A stretch of DNA of 64,000 nucleotides from Calditrichaceae bacterium (lineage in GTDB: Bacteria; Calditrichota; Calditrichia; Calditrichales; JBFXGD01): positions 30,806 to 94,805 of the forward strand of contig JBFXLE010000017.1 in NCBI GenBank assembly GCA_050173015.1, read 5' to 3'. The first letter of the stretch is position 1, and each line of letters opens with the position of its first letter. Under the pieces are notes generated by a model that was not told the origin of the DNA, made no database searches, and was given only the letters and a program-made list of their open reading frames with translations. A program made the translations under genes and the position numbers. Positions 40,101-52,371 of this stretch are shown piece after piece.

Positions 40101-41957
40101 ATATACCTTTGCTTCGGCGAATTTTTTATGATTATAATAGATACCTCCCGATGCCGCGAGGAAATTCGGTGTAAATGAACCGGTTGGGAATAGTCTGATA
40201 TAGTTATCGTATGCTTCGATTAACCTTGTTTCTTCCGGTGTCAGGGATTCAGGACTGAGCTGCGCTATATCCGCGAAGTTAAACCGGACGGTATCCCCTT
40301 TTCCGTATTTAAGAACAACAAGTGTATCTGCTGCCTTTACCGCATTTAAGGCCGCCGCTTCCTGGTGGGAAGTTTCAAGATAATCGTTGCTGACTCTCAT
40401 ATATTCTTCAAAAGCTTCATCAAAACGCCCGAGTCTGCTGTCGAGCATAAACGCGTACGACCAGTTGATGTCATAGGCATTGGAATCTGTCGGGAACGCA
40501 TTTAGATAATCTTTACAATTTCCCGCGAAAACTTCATACTGCTCCGTACTGGCAAGTCCCTCTGAATTAAGTTGTTCAGCCTTCTCCAAATCAAGCAGAA
40601 TATTCGTCCGGAACGCGGCTTCAGCGATATCGTAAGCGGAATCAATATATTTAAGCTTGTCGGTTTTATCTGAAGTCTCTAATTTAGTGTACCATTCGGA
40701 ATCAGGATTATACATCCTGAATAATTTATCCCGTTCCTGGTAAGCATCGGTATCCCTGCCAAGTGAATAAAGCGCATTCACTATATTTTGCCTCATAAGC
40801 GGAGCTTCTTCGTAAAACGGATACATATCAAGCAGATTATTGAACGCGTACATGGCTTTATCCTGCTCGTCGATCTTTTGATAAGTCTGACCGACGGCGC
40901 GCATGATTTCAACACCATACTCCTTATCACCGAGACGTTCAAGCAGTTTTCTTGCCTTATCCACGCCATTCATCGTGTATGCTTCATCGGTAAAACTGAT
41001 ACCGATATACTCGATCGCTTCATCTCTTACATTGGGATTCGAGATTTTATCCGCGGGGTCCAGTTTTTTGGCGAGCGTAATATCATCGGCGACGGCCATA
41101 AAGTATGTAATCGCGTCATTATAGTATAACGGATCCCGCGCCGCCAGTTTATAATAACTCCATCCCAGCTTGTAAAGAGCTTCATCATAACGCTTGGAAT
41201 CGCTGTATTTTAAAACTTTTTTGTAAAGCTGAATGGCTTTTTTAAGCTCAACGATACCCTGTTCTTCATCATCTTTGTCATCACGGGGTGAGAAGTAATA
41301 CTCGGCCAGCTGGATATATGATTCCGGCGCGAACGGACTATCCGGGTACTTATCGATAACCTCCTGATACAGCCTGCGGCTCTCGTTGCCCCTCCGCATG
41401 CGTTCAAGCAGCCAGGCTTTACTGTAAAGAGCATCATCCGCGTAATCACTGGCCGGATACTCATCAAGTAAACGATCATACACTTCTATGCCTTTAGTGT
41501 AGTCGTGAACCGGGAAGGATGGCATCACAGGTTCTTCCTGAATCTCACCGGCATCAAAAAGAGCCAGTTTTTTCTCGTATTCCAGGATAGTATCATCATA
41601 TTTTTCAACCTGCTCATCGTAATTTCTATCGGCGTCCTCTATATAGTATTCAGCAATTCTTATGTATATATGATCTCTGTTTTCAACTTTGGCAGCTTTA
41701 TTGGTCAGAAAATCCTCGCCAACTTTCATCCCTTCGCTTCTGGACTTTTCTTCTTCTGACCGTAGTTTATTGACGTTTTGCTCATAATATTTTTTAATTT
41801 TAATCAATTCATCAAGATTAACTTTGTCAAATAGGCTGTCTCTTTTAGCATCGGTTTGATCTGCCTGTCCATAAACCGTTTGCATGGACATAAATCCGTA
41901 CAACAGCATAAGGATAAACAAACGGGTCAAAGACATTTTATTCATCATAGATTTCAT
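37200..41957 (-). CDS. Giant exported TPR protein (GltD/AgmU-like) with C-terminal jelly-roll sugar-binding-like domain
   Basis: Signal peptide, many TPRs (e.g. YPASDYADDALYSKAW, DEALYKLGWSYY); C-terminal FRKEF...TADDDFRFYLNG...LKPGENQIAI. Confidence 0.8.
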   Translation of the reverse strand: MKSMMNKMSLTRLFILMLLYGFMSMQTVYGQADQTDAKRDSLFDKVNLDELIKIKKYYEQNVNKLRSEEEKSRSEGMKVGEDFLTNKAAKVENRDHIYIRIAEYYIEDADRNYDEQVEKYDDTILEYEKKLALFDAGEIQEEPVMPSFPVHDYTKGIEVYDRLLDEYPASDYADDALYSKAWLLERMRRGNESRRLYQEVIDKYPDSPFAPESYIQLAEYYFSPRDDKDDEEQGIVELKKAIQLYKKVLKYSDSKRYDEALYKLGWSYYKLAARDPLYYNDAITYFMAVADDITLAKKLDPADKISNPNVRDEAIEYIGISFTDEAYTMNGVDKARKLLERLGDKEYGVEIMRAVGQTYQKIDEQDKAMYAFNNLLDMYPFYEEAPLMRQNIVNALYSLGRDTDAYQERDKLFRMYNPDSEWYTKLETSDKTDKLKYIDSAYDIAEAAFRTNILLDLEKAEQLNSEGLASTEQYEVFAGNCKDYLNAFPTDSNAYDINWSYAFMLDSRLGRFDEAFEEYMRVSNDYLETSHQEAAALNAVKAADTLVVLKYGKGDTVRFNFADIAQLSPESLTPEETRLIEAYDNYIRLFPTGSFTPNFLAASGGIYYNHKKFAEAKVYFQTLVKRFPGAKEKSLALRSIMDSYFALGKFKDSEIIAKRIMSDDRIPDEQRVFAEKRLGQAIFKNAEFLSEQGDYFAAAGEFVRINNEVANDPLLVESALYNGGLNYQKAKDWVRAIETFDILANQHPESKFAIDALENMADDYKELEQYLNAGQTYERIYTNYTDSKNAEIALYNASYYFEKGKEWLDAIRVNNMYIAAYPTQPYSVDLYFKNAQLYLNSDNITEANRIYEEFATRYPDDPRTVTAFYERGNYYLDNGQETAAKVEFNKAIQKSELFRNSGKDPNAYIAGEAVNKLAGILHNEFTSIKLTQPKSNIDYQQERLRGLLTELNKTYSKVLTFGSPRSFEATFNTARSYEEFAHIYASQEIDPTLDVNKFFIEKKRINEQSAALFQKSVDEYKNVVSNIPVIAEKLGVDLYASADSTMDTEPAVGDTSGAITRAAERDSTRELGVKFQEKARDKISELQYTMASLTSENIYYALDVKPPNDEPLTKIIFEVQLFQQAVSPAIAQTIESHLSNIKEAEAMGLSNKYVEESKRQVLLTSNILAEEFESLVDVALGEYNSITRQTMDLVEKEFGTLNAKGQDYYALDNSASQMIDFTRILSEKIIESYTKTLVLAEENGIQNDIVRNTQDRLLRYAVEITDRMSGLADSANTISENYTTKFDSTENYNFDDAKVMFETYYYSFNDNSLSILENAYKVRQDYDIKNLWANKLLYKLIKLDPVTYSASIEKEKIVVVSDESWMYTTKYYGDQWTRSEFNDSTWFKPQTVVDYNNQFAALGINPKAIWVRQIPLTSTQTADTLAAADSLNLIPLQPDTSATLVVVDTSALVSADTVAFFRKEFKLDGTPVSGEIYVTADDDFRFYLNGEYIIDDRDNSFAKLDTLDYYTFDIFLKPGENQIAIDVEDKDLTAGGLKFYGTFDILPADITAAAQEKAKVKTYDVDVSILRNINILNKNRISVNQ

Positions 41958-42001
41958 AATATTTTTTCCAAAATTGACAGTGTTTTTATGAATCGATCAA
42001 A

Positions 42002-44614
42002 TTATTCCTCAGAATCCCTTCTGATCACCGGTGGTACGGTCGTATTTTGTGTGCCTCTTGCTTCCGTCTCGTGAGTATCGAAATAAGATTCTTCAAACTG
42101 TCTGTTCAGCTCTTCTCTCTCACGAAGTCGTTCCTGCCGTCTCACCCTTCTGGTCATCAAAGTAATTTCACTCTCAATTAAACCAATCTTATGTTCAAGA
42201 TATTCTTTCCTTTCCATCAGGAAATCATTAATCTGTTCAATCTGTTTCTGCATATCGGAAATATCCTGCTCTTTGCTGTTTTTTATGGAAAAATTAACGT
42301 TTGCCACGCCAAATGCCCCATAATCACTCCAGCGACCCAGATTAATGTTGGAATGCATCATATCAAGGTTGTATGCCCATGATTCCAGATAGTCAAATTT
42401 ATTTAGCAACTCCGTAAATCTTTCTTTCTGGAGCTCCAGTTCCACTTCACGTTTATAATTTCGCGATCCTTTTGCCTTCTGAATATCCACATCGAGTTGA
42501 GAGATTCGCTTCATTATATTTTCATGCTCTAATCTCGACTCATCACGAAGCGATTGAATTTTCGCGTTCTCGCTTTCGATCACGCTTTCCTTTCTGGCAA
42601 GCGGATGTTCGTCAAAGTAATTAATGCCGAGAGGAGAATTTTCCTTCCCGGGAAAAGCATTTATCGAGCGATAGATCTTTAATTGTAAATCTTCAATTCG
42701 ATTCTTTATTTTCTTTTCGCCTTTTTCCTCGGCGATGACCTTCAGGCGGTCAAGTTCTTCGATCTGCTCATTCAACCGTTTTATTTCATTTTTCGCGGCA
42801 ATACCTTCCGAGCTGACATCAGAATAGGATAGTTCGATCAATGGTTTTTCAATTTTATCCTTCATCTCTCTGGCCTGGTAATACCCTGATAAGTTATTTG
42901 TCGCGAGCGATTTTTTCTCAAGATTATCCGCGACTCTGTAAGACGCGCGCATACGTTCCCGCTCTTCATTCATTCGGTCAGACAGTTCTTTTACATCCTT
43001 TGTACCGTAGGCGTATTCAAAATTATCAAGCGCTCCTCTGACATCTTCTTCGAGCTGGTTAATATATCCCAGCAGAGTGCGCGCTTCGAGATAATAATCC
43101 GATCCGTTAAAAGATTCTATAATCGCGTTCAGATAGAGTTTGGCCGTTGTAAAATCTTTTACTTCATCCGGTAATTTTTTGAGTTCAAGTTTATAATAGC
43201 TCCAGCCGTAGCCGATCAGAACACGGTCATACTTACTAAACTGTGAGCTTATCAGATCAAAATATCGGATGGCTTCATCAGCATTTCCTGTTTCATAACT
43301 CAGGTAACCCAGTTTTAACAATACGGCAAAACGAAACTCCGGATGCAGGCCGGAAATTGAAAGAAGATTTGTAAATTGCAGGATCGCTTCTTCGTAATTA
43401 TTGGCGCCGGCATAGGCCTCCGCAAGCAGGAATTTTGCCTGACGGGAATATTCCGATGCCTCGGAAATTTCATAAGCGTACTTTACCGCATTTTCATAAT
43501 CACCGCTTTTCAACCCTGCCATGGTCGCCAGAAGCAGCGTTTCATCATAATACGATTCACTTGGTGAAGAAATCACTTTCATTTTTTCAAAATATGTGAG
43601 TACATTTGAGTAATTATTAAAATGATAGGATAAGTAAATCAATCTTCTGTAAGCTTGCGCGGTATAAACGGAAGAAGGATATTTTTCAACCAGATTTTTA
43701 AATCCTTCGGCGGACTGACTATAACGCCCAAGCGCAAAATTGGATTCGCTTTGATAATAAAGGCAGTCATCAAGATTTCCAAATGTGCTGTATCTGTTTA
43801 ATATTTCTTCGAATGCTTTTTCCGCCAAATTATAAAATCCAAAATTATAAGCGTAAGCGGCCTGCCTTAGTTCATTCCTGAACATTCTCTTTTTTTGATC
43901 CGCGGTGGCATTCTTAATCAATCTGTTTTTTATGATCTGAATGTCTGTCCATCTCAGATGATATTTAAGCCTTTCGGTATGTCTCCACTCTTCATAAACA
44001 TCAAAAATAGTGGCGGATCCATCGCCGGCGGTACCGGTGGACATTCCCATTTCACCTGTCTCACCAAAAGACTGCACAAAACTGCTTTTTGTACGGTTAA
44101 GGCCTTTCACAAAACTGGGATTTTCCTCCAGACGGGCGCCGGTATCAAGTTTGGTCATTTCCTCGGCAAGGTACAGAAGCTGAATGGCATCTTCGATCAC
44201 CTTCTGCTTTTTGAAATCAATCGTGCCCGCCCGGATAGTCTCCTTGATCCTTCTCTGCAATTCATCAATAAACTGATTGAGCTTGGCGGAACTACCAGAA
44301 TTAAGTCTCTGTTTTAACGCCTGAATTTCAACAAGATGCTCCTGTAATCCTTCGAAATACTGATCGCGTATTTTTGAGGCATTCGTTACCCGGAATTTGA
44401 TTTCATTATTGATCAGACGAATCTGCTCTATAAGAAATCTTTCATTATGGATGCTCTCCTTACTCAGGTCCCCAATCATGCTATTTACATAAACCTGGAG
44501 GGCCTGATTAAATTCCAGATCAGTCTGTGCAGCATCCTGCGCGGCTGCGGGAAAGAATGAAATCAGTAAACAAAAGAAAATACCGGAAGCCAGAGAAAGG
44601 GTCTTTGAAATCAT
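42002..44614 (-). CDS. Exported TPR and coiled-coil protein (GltC-like position)
   Basis: Signal peptide (AAA-Q), central TPRs, long C-terminal coiled coil. Confidence 0.75.
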   Translation of the reverse strand: MISKTLSLASGIFFCLLISFFPAAAQDAAQTDLEFNQALQVYVNSMIGDLSKESIHNERFLIEQIRLINNEIKFRVTNASKIRDQYFEGLQEHLVEIQALKQRLNSGSSAKLNQFIDELQRRIKETIRAGTIDFKKQKVIEDAIQLLYLAEEMTKLDTGARLEENPSFVKGLNRTKSSFVQSFGETGEMGMSTGTAGDGSATIFDVYEEWRHTERLKYHLRWTDIQIIKNRLIKNATADQKKRMFRNELRQAAYAYNFGFYNLAEKAFEEILNRYSTFGNLDDCLYYQSESNFALGRYSQSAEGFKNLVEKYPSSVYTAQAYRRLIYLSYHFNNYSNVLTYFEKMKVISSPSESYYDETLLLATMAGLKSGDYENAVKYAYEISEASEYSRQAKFLLAEAYAGANNYEEAILQFTNLLSISGLHPEFRFAVLLKLGYLSYETGNADEAIRYFDLISSQFSKYDRVLIGYGWSYYKLELKKLPDEVKDFTTAKLYLNAIIESFNGSDYYLEARTLLGYINQLEEDVRGALDNFEYAYGTKDVKELSDRMNEERERMRASYRVADNLEKKSLATNNLSGYYQAREMKDKIEKPLIELSYSDVSSEGIAAKNEIKRLNEQIEELDRLKVIAEEKGEKKIKNRIEDLQLKIYRSINAFPGKENSPLGINYFDEHPLARKESVIESENAKIQSLRDESRLEHENIMKRISQLDVDIQKAKGSRNYKREVELELQKERFTELLNKFDYLESWAYNLDMMHSNINLGRWSDYGAFGVANVNFSIKNSKEQDISDMQKQIEQINDFLMERKEYLEHKIGLIESEITLMTRRVRRQERLREREELNRQFEESYFDTHETEARGTQNTTVPPVIRRDSEE

Positions 44615-44661
44615 ATTTTTGACCTACTTTTTATGAACCCTTTTGACAAATCTTTGGGCCT

Positions 44662-44689
44662 AATTTAATATTATTTTATACCCAGTCAA
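44662..44689 (-). promoter_or_regulatory. Putative promoter for TPR/ExbBD cluster
   Basis: Minus strand TTGACT-16 nt-TAAATT in AT-rich intergenic region. Confidence 0.4.
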
Positions 44690-44754
44690 GGATTATAAAC
44701 AAATAGCATATTCTAAATTATCAAATAAGATCGGTAAATATTAACGAATAAACG

Positions 44755-45162
44755 TTATCGCAATTCAGATACTTTAAGCCTGTTTATAGCTCTTTCGAGA
44801 GCGAGACGCGCTCTATCAAAATCGGAATCGGTGGAGTGAGAAGCCAATCGTTCAGCGGCTCTTTTTTTAGCATTTTCAGCCCGGGCCACATCTATAGAAT
44901 CGGCTAATTCCGCGGATTCAACAATCACTTTTATCAAGTTGTTCTTAACCTCGCAAAATCCGCCGTTTGTCGCCAGATAGAGTATTTTACCATCCTGTTT
45001 CTCAATCTTTATGACTCCGATTTTGACAACAGAAACCAGAGGAGCATGATTATTTAATATCTGGAACTGTCCCATTTCTCCCGGAACCACACAGCTGTTA
45101 ACCTTTTCTGAATAAGTAACACCGAATGGAGTAACAATTTCTAATTCCAACTCCGATGTCAT
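44755..45162 (-). CDS. atpC: ATP synthase F1 epsilon
   Basis: LEIVTP, GQFQILNNHAP, GGFCEV, IDVARA. Confidence 0.95.
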   Translation of the reverse strand: MTSELELEIVTPFGVTYSEKVNSCVVPGEMGQFQILNNHAPLVSVVKIGVIKIEKQDGKILYLATNGGFCEVKNNLIKVIVESAELADSIDVARAENAKKRAAERLASHSTDSDFDRARLALERAINRLKVSELR

Positions 45163-45207
45163 ATGATATCTCCCTATAGGTTCGACTGTTCCTGATAAAA
45201 CTTAAAT

Positions 45208-45237
45208 AAAAAGATGACGACATGAGTCATCATCTTT
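45208..45237 (-). terminator. Terminator-like hairpin between atpD and atpC
   Basis: AAAGATGATGAC-TCAT-GTCGTCATCTTT then TTATTT on minus strand. Confidence 0.55.
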
Positions 45238-45277
45238 CCATGATTTTTATTGAAATATATTGTACTGTATTCTATAC

Positions 45278-47567
<2,290 letters not shown>

Positions 47568-47568
<1 letters not shown>

Positions 47569-49091
47569 TAAACTTCCTCAACCTTAAAATTAGCGACAAA
47601 CGATTCGACTACCTTTTTCAATTTCTCTCTAAGTTCATCTGATAATGTCTTTTGCTCGCTGATTAACTTCAGCACATCCTGATGTTTCATATCGATATAA
47701 TCCAGCAATTCTTTTTCGAAACGGCCGATTACACCTACCGGAAGCTTATCAAGATATCCGTTGGTCGCCGCAAATATCACCGCTATCTGTTTGTCGAATT
47801 CCATCGGAACATACTGGCCCTGTTTTAAAACTTCAACCAGGCGCTCACCGCGTCTTAACTGCTGCTGAGTCGCGGCATCAAGATCAGAACCAAACTTTGC
47901 AAACGCTTCCATTTCACGATACTGGGCAAGTTCGAGACGCAGACGTCCGGCAACCTGCTTCATCGCCTTAATCTGGGCGCTTCCCCCTACGCGGGATACC
48001 GAAATACCCACGTTAATCGCGGGACGAACCCCCGAGAAGAACAAATTTGATTCAAGAAATATCTGCCCGTCAGTAATCGAGATCACATTGGTCGGAATAT
48101 ATGCTGAAACGTCACCGGCCTGAGTTTCGATAATTGGAAGAGCTGTCAATGATCCGCCTCCCAGTTCATCGCTCAATTTCGCGGCGCGTTCAAGCAACCT
48201 TGAATGCAAATAAAATACATCACCGGGATATGCTTCACGGCCGGGAGGACGACGCAACAGCAGCGATACCTGACGATAAGCCCAGGCATGCTTTGTAAGA
48301 TCATCATAAACTACTAGCGCATGACGACCGCTGTCTCTGAAGTATTCACCCATTGCCGCACCCGAGTAAGGAGCTATAAACTGCAGCGGCGCCGGCTCAC
48401 TCGCGCTTGCCGATACTACGATGGTATATTCCATCGCGCCGTACTCTTCAAGCGTCCTTACCACTTTTGCCACGGTTGAAGCTTTCTGACCGATCGCCAC
48501 ATAGACACAAACCACATCTTTACCTTTTTGGTTGATGATGGTATCAAGAGCGACGGCTGTTTTACCTGTCTGACGATCGCCAATTATCAATTCACGCTGA
48601 CCGCGTCCAATAGGAATCATCGAATCTATGGCCTTAATTCCGGTCGCCAGGGGTTCTTTAACCGGTTGCCTTTGGACTACCCCAAGAGCCTTTCTTTCCA
48701 CAAGCACAAATTGTTTCGCATCGATATTTCCTTTGCCGTCAATCGGCTGCCCGAGAGGATTAACAACCCTGCCCAACAACTCTTCACCGGCCGGAACTTC
48801 GACAACACGCTTTGTTCTTTTAACAATATCGCCTTCTTTAATCAGCGTATCTTCGCCGAAAAGAATAACACCGACGTTATCTTCTTCCAGGTTGAATACC
48901 ATCCCCATAACCTCATGCGGGAATTCAACCAGTTCGCCGGCCATAACTTTTTCAAGACCGTGTATACGAGCAATTCCATCACCAACCTGAAGCACAGTCC
49001 CTACTTCATATACATCCGCCTCTTTCTGGAAGTCTTTTAATTGCTTCTTTAAGATTGCAGAGACTTCATCTGGTCTCACTGCATTACTCAT
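47568..49091 (-). CDS. atpA: ATP synthase F1 alpha
   Basis: [20 protein letters not shown]. Confidence 0.99.
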
Positions 49092-49118
49092 TAATTACTA
49101 CCTCTTTTTTTAAAATCA

Positions 49119-49649
49119 TCAAGCCAGGAGTTTTTCACGTAACTTAGACAACTGATACCGAACACTATTATCAATAATAATATCCTGAACCTTTACAACA
49201 AAACCGCCCAATACATCCGCATCAAGACGCTGTTTGAGAATCACTGTTTTTCCGATAAGATCTTCGATATTTTTCTGAATACTTCCGATCTGCAAACCGG
49301 ACAACTCCACCGCGCTGACCACTTCACCTTCAACCTGATTGCGGTGACTCAGCAGCAACGAATTGAAACGTTCAATCATCTCCGCTAAAAGGGAAATACG
49401 GTTTTTTTCATTGATCAGGAGCAAAAATCTGTATGTCAGGTCATCAAACTTAGCTTCAAACATTTGCTTTACAGCCTGATATCTCATGGATTTGGAGATT
49501 AAAGGATTGGTGATAAAATTATTGAATCCATCATGCGTATCAACCAGTTTTTTAAGCTCCAGGAAATCCGAATCGATTTTGTCCAGTTTATTTTGTTCTT
49601 TTGCCAGCTCAAACAAAGCCTTGGCATAACGCTTCGAAACCCGATTCAA
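49119..49649 (-). CDS. atpH: ATP synthase F1 delta
   Basis: RYAKALF, LGGFVVK...IDNSV. Confidence 0.95.
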   Translation of the reverse strand: MNRVSKRYAKALFELAKEQNKLDKIDSDFLELKKLVDTHDGFNNFITNPLISKSMRYQAVKQMFEAKFDDLTYRFLLLINEKNRISLLAEMIERFNSLLLSHRNQVEGEVVSAVELSGLQIGSIQKNIEDLIGKTVILKQRLDADVLGGFVVKVQDIIIDNSVRYQLSKLREKLLA

Positions 49650-49664
49650 CAGTTCTTTTCCTTA

Positions 49665-50159
49665 TTAATTTTTAGACGATTTTGGCATCGACTCAATATA
49701 ATCGTCGACGAGCTTTTTCTGTTTATCCTTATCCAAAGACTGGACAAGAATTTTTTCCGCCGCGCCGATTGCCATATCAGCAACTTCCGCCTTCAGCGAA
49801 GCGATGGCGCTCTCTTTTTGCTGATCGATTTCTTTTTTTGCTTTTTCGATAAGCTGAGCCGAATTCGCCCGCGCGCTCTCAAGAATTTCCTGTTTTGATT
49901 TTTCAGCAAGTTCCTGATTTAACTTCAGAATCTTTTGAGCTTCCGTTTCCGCGTCAGCCATCATTTTCTTATGCTCTGCCAGCAACTTTTCAGCATCTTC
50001 ACGCTGACTCGCGGCCTTCTGCAAATCATCATGAATCGCTTTTTCCCGATTCTGAATTGCCGCAAGCATTGGTTTTAACGCCACCTTATAAAGGATGGTG
50101 ATGACAATGAAAAAGGTGATCCATGTCCAGATCATCATCCCGGGATCTAATTCAAGCAT
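49665..50159 (-). CDS. atpF: ATP synthase Fo b
   Basis: N-terminal TM then long coiled coil; operon position. Confidence 0.95.
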   Translation of the reverse strand: MLELDPGMMIWTWITFFIVITILYKVALKPMLAAIQNREKAIHDDLQKAASQREDAEKLLAEHKKMMADAETEAQKILKLNQELAEKSKQEILESARANSAQLIEKAKKEIDQQKESAIASLKAEVADMAIGAAEKILVQSLDKDKQKKLVDDYIESMPKSSKN

Positions 50160-50180
50160 TTTTATTTCCTCTTAGCTCGG

Positions 50181-50414
50181 TTACTTGCTGGCCAGAAGGA
50201 AGCAGACGACTGCACCAAACAGCGCCACACCTTCAATCATCGCCGCGGCGATAATCATTGTGATACGAATTGCACCGCCGGCTTCCGGCTGCCTTGCTGT
50301 ACCGTCCATTGCAGAAGCGGCAATCTTACCAATACCTAAACCCGCGCCGAACGTAACAAAACCGGCACCCAGACCTGCTGCAAGATACGCTAAAGCTAAT
50401 GACCATTCACTCAT
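50181..50414 (-). CDS. atpE: ATP synthase Fo c (H+-type; lacks Na+ Q...E(S/T) signature)
   Basis: GAGLGIG, ARQPE, IEGVALF. Confidence 0.97.
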   Translation of the reverse strand: MSEWSLALAYLAAGLGAGFVTFGAGLGIGKIAASAMDGTARQPEAGGAIRITMIIAAAMIEGVALFGAVVCFLLASK

Positions 50415-50477
50415 TATTAGATTCCTCCAAAATATGTAGTTTATTGTTTACCATAGTGTCAATTATTATAATTCCGG

Positions 50478-51332
50478 CTAATGTTCCGGATTAACACTCA
50501 TGCCTATGAACAACGCCGATAAAACCGTAAAAATATACGCCTGAATGAACGCGACCAGCAATTCAAGAAAATATACAAAAATCGCGAATCCAATCGAGAC
50601 GGGTGAAACAAAATATGACTTAAATATCATAATGAGTCCGAGAAAGGCAAACAGAACGATATGACCGGCCGTCATATTAGCAAATAGACGGATGGTGAGC
50701 GCCACATGCTTCGCCACGAGACCCATAATTTCGATTACAAACATCAGCGGCCAGAGCAGTACCGGCACCCCATGTGGAACCAGCGATTTATAATACCCGA
50801 TCAGTCCGCTCTCTTTAATCCCAAAATATTGTGTAGAGCCGAAGGTGATTAATGCCAGAGCCGCGGTAACATTGATATTGCTGGTCGATGTACTGAAAAG
50901 GGGAATTAATCCCATCAGATTGCTGATGAGAATAAAAAAGAAAAAAGTGATCAGAAGCGGCGTGAATCTTCGCCCTTCTTTCTCTCCCATATTGGAGATC
51001 GCCACTTCATCCCTTATAAATACAACCAGCAGTTCGAGCAACGCGCCCGCTCCGCGAGGCACTTTTCGCGCCGGCTTGAATGAGAGTTTAAACATAAGAA
51101 TCAGAAATATGGCTGCAATCCAGATCATCACCACATGATTAGTGATGGACAAATCCAGCGTCACGCCAAGTATCTGAATGGGTTCAAAGTGCGGCAGGTG
51201 AATATGCAAGCCGGGTATATGCCATTGATTACTGTTTTGAAGATGATGTTCTATCCATTTTCCGATATTTTCGCCCTGGGCAGCAACGGTATCCGCAGAA
51301 GCAGTATTCGCGGCAACACTTAGTAAAGACAT
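50478..51332 (-). CDS. atpB: ATP synthase Fo a
   Basis: NLMGLIP, IRLFANMTAGH, IQAYIF. Confidence 0.97.
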   Translation of the reverse strand: MSLLSVAANTASADTVAAQGENIGKWIEHHLQNSNQWHIPGLHIHLPHFEPIQILGVTLDLSITNHVVMIWIAAIFLILMFKLSFKPARKVPRGAGALLELLVVFIRDEVAISNMGEKEGRRFTPLLITFFFFILISNLMGLIPLFSTSTSNINVTAALALITFGSTQYFGIKESGLIGYYKSLVPHGVPVLLWPLMFVIEIMGLVAKHVALTIRLFANMTAGHIVLFAFLGLIMIFKSYFVSPVSIGFAIFVYFLELLVAFIQAYIFTVLSALFIGMSVNPEH

Positions 51333-51336
51333 ACAA

Positions 51337-51720
51337 TCAATACCCTTTTTTAAGAGTCCTGTTGAGGATTAAGATTTCCCATATTTGATAAATAAAATAT
51401 AATATAAACAAGCCGGATAAAAAAACAAAATCTTCTACCTGACTATAGCTAATAATTATGAAAATTATTAACAATAAAATTAAAATCCTGACCACCATAC
51501 CCGTCAAAAATATTTTTGCAAACTCTTTTTGATCTTTTTTTAGTGAATACATTATGATAAAATAGGCAGCAACGATATTCAACGTTGCAAATATTCCCGC
51601 GAGGAATAATCCAAAGTCCTGTTGTTCATTAAAATTGAAAGTTCTTGAAATCCCCCATGATAAAGACGTGTAAAATATCAGGATAATACAAAGACCTAAA
51701 AAGAAATTTTTAACCTTCAA
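51337..51720 (-). CDS. ATP synthase protein I-like membrane protein
   Basis: Four TMs directly upstream of atpB. Confidence 0.7.
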   Translation of the reverse strand: MKVKNFFLGLCIILIFYTSLSWGISRTFNFNEQQDFGLFLAGIFATLNIVAAYFIIMYSLKKDQKEFAKIFLTGMVVRILILLLIIFIIISYSQVEDFVFLSGLFILYFIYQIWEILILNRTLKKGY

Positions 51721-51722
51721 AC

Positions 51723-51962
51723 CTATTTTCGCTCCAATTCCTGAATCACTTTTATCATATTATAAAATCCCAGTATCAGCCCCACAAAAACGCCTATAAT
51801 TAAAAACAAAGGCTGGTAATCAAATTTTTTATCAAACCAGTTCCCGGCGACTGCGAAAAAAACCACGCTTCCTATCAGGACATATCCGATATTGAGATAA
51901 GGCGCCGCTTTATGAAACGCGTTATTCAGGTCACTTTTGCCTGATTTTTTAAAATTTACCAT
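51723..51962 (-). CDS. AtpZ/AtpI family protein
   Basis: GNWFDKKF...PLFLIIGVFVGL two-TM pattern. Confidence 0.8.
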   Translation of the reverse strand: MVNFKKSGKSDLNNAFHKAAPYLNIGYVLIGSVVFFAVAGNWFDKKFDYQPLFLIIGVFVGLILGFYNMIKVIQELERK

Positions 51963-51976
51963 TTAACTCCGGGAAC

Positions 51977-52360
51977 TTATTTTCCCGACGCGGCTTCCGC
52001 GGGGGTAATTTTGATTCCCATATCAGACACGCCGTCGAAAATCGCGCCCTCATCGATAATCAGTTTTTTAGCCTTCAGTTCGCCGACCAGGCTGGATCTG
52101 GCTTCCAGAACTAATTTTTCCTTTATAGTAACCTTGCCTTTGATCTTGCCTCCGACAATGGCGTTGCTGGCATCGATATCACCCTCAATCTCGCCGCTTT
52201 CACCAATGGTCAGGGTATTTTTACAGCTCAAGGATCCTTTTATTTTACCATCGATTCGAATACTGCTGTCGGTGCGGATGTGTCCTTCGATCACTGTGCC
52301 CTTCCCGATAAAATTAAGCTCAGTCGAACCCGCTTCTGAATTTGTTCCTTTAAAAGCCAC
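51977..52360 (-). CDS. Bactofilin (polymer-forming cytoskeletal protein)
   Basis: IGKGTVIEG, IRIDG, IGESGEIEGDI, IDEGAIFDG beta-helix repeats. Confidence 0.92.
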   Translation of the reverse strand: MAFKGTNSEAGSTELNFIGKGTVIEGHIRTDSSIRIDGKIKGSLSCKNTLTIGESGEIEGDIDASNAIVGGKIKGKVTIKEKLVLEARSSLVGELKAKKLIIDEGAIFDGVSDMGIKITPAEAASGK

Positions 52361-52371
52361 TATATCTCCTT

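Noticed and set aside
50181-50414. Na+-translocating ATP synthase or N-ATPase
   Set aside because: The c subunit lacks the Q...E(S/T) Na+ ligands and the gene order is the standard F-type with atpH
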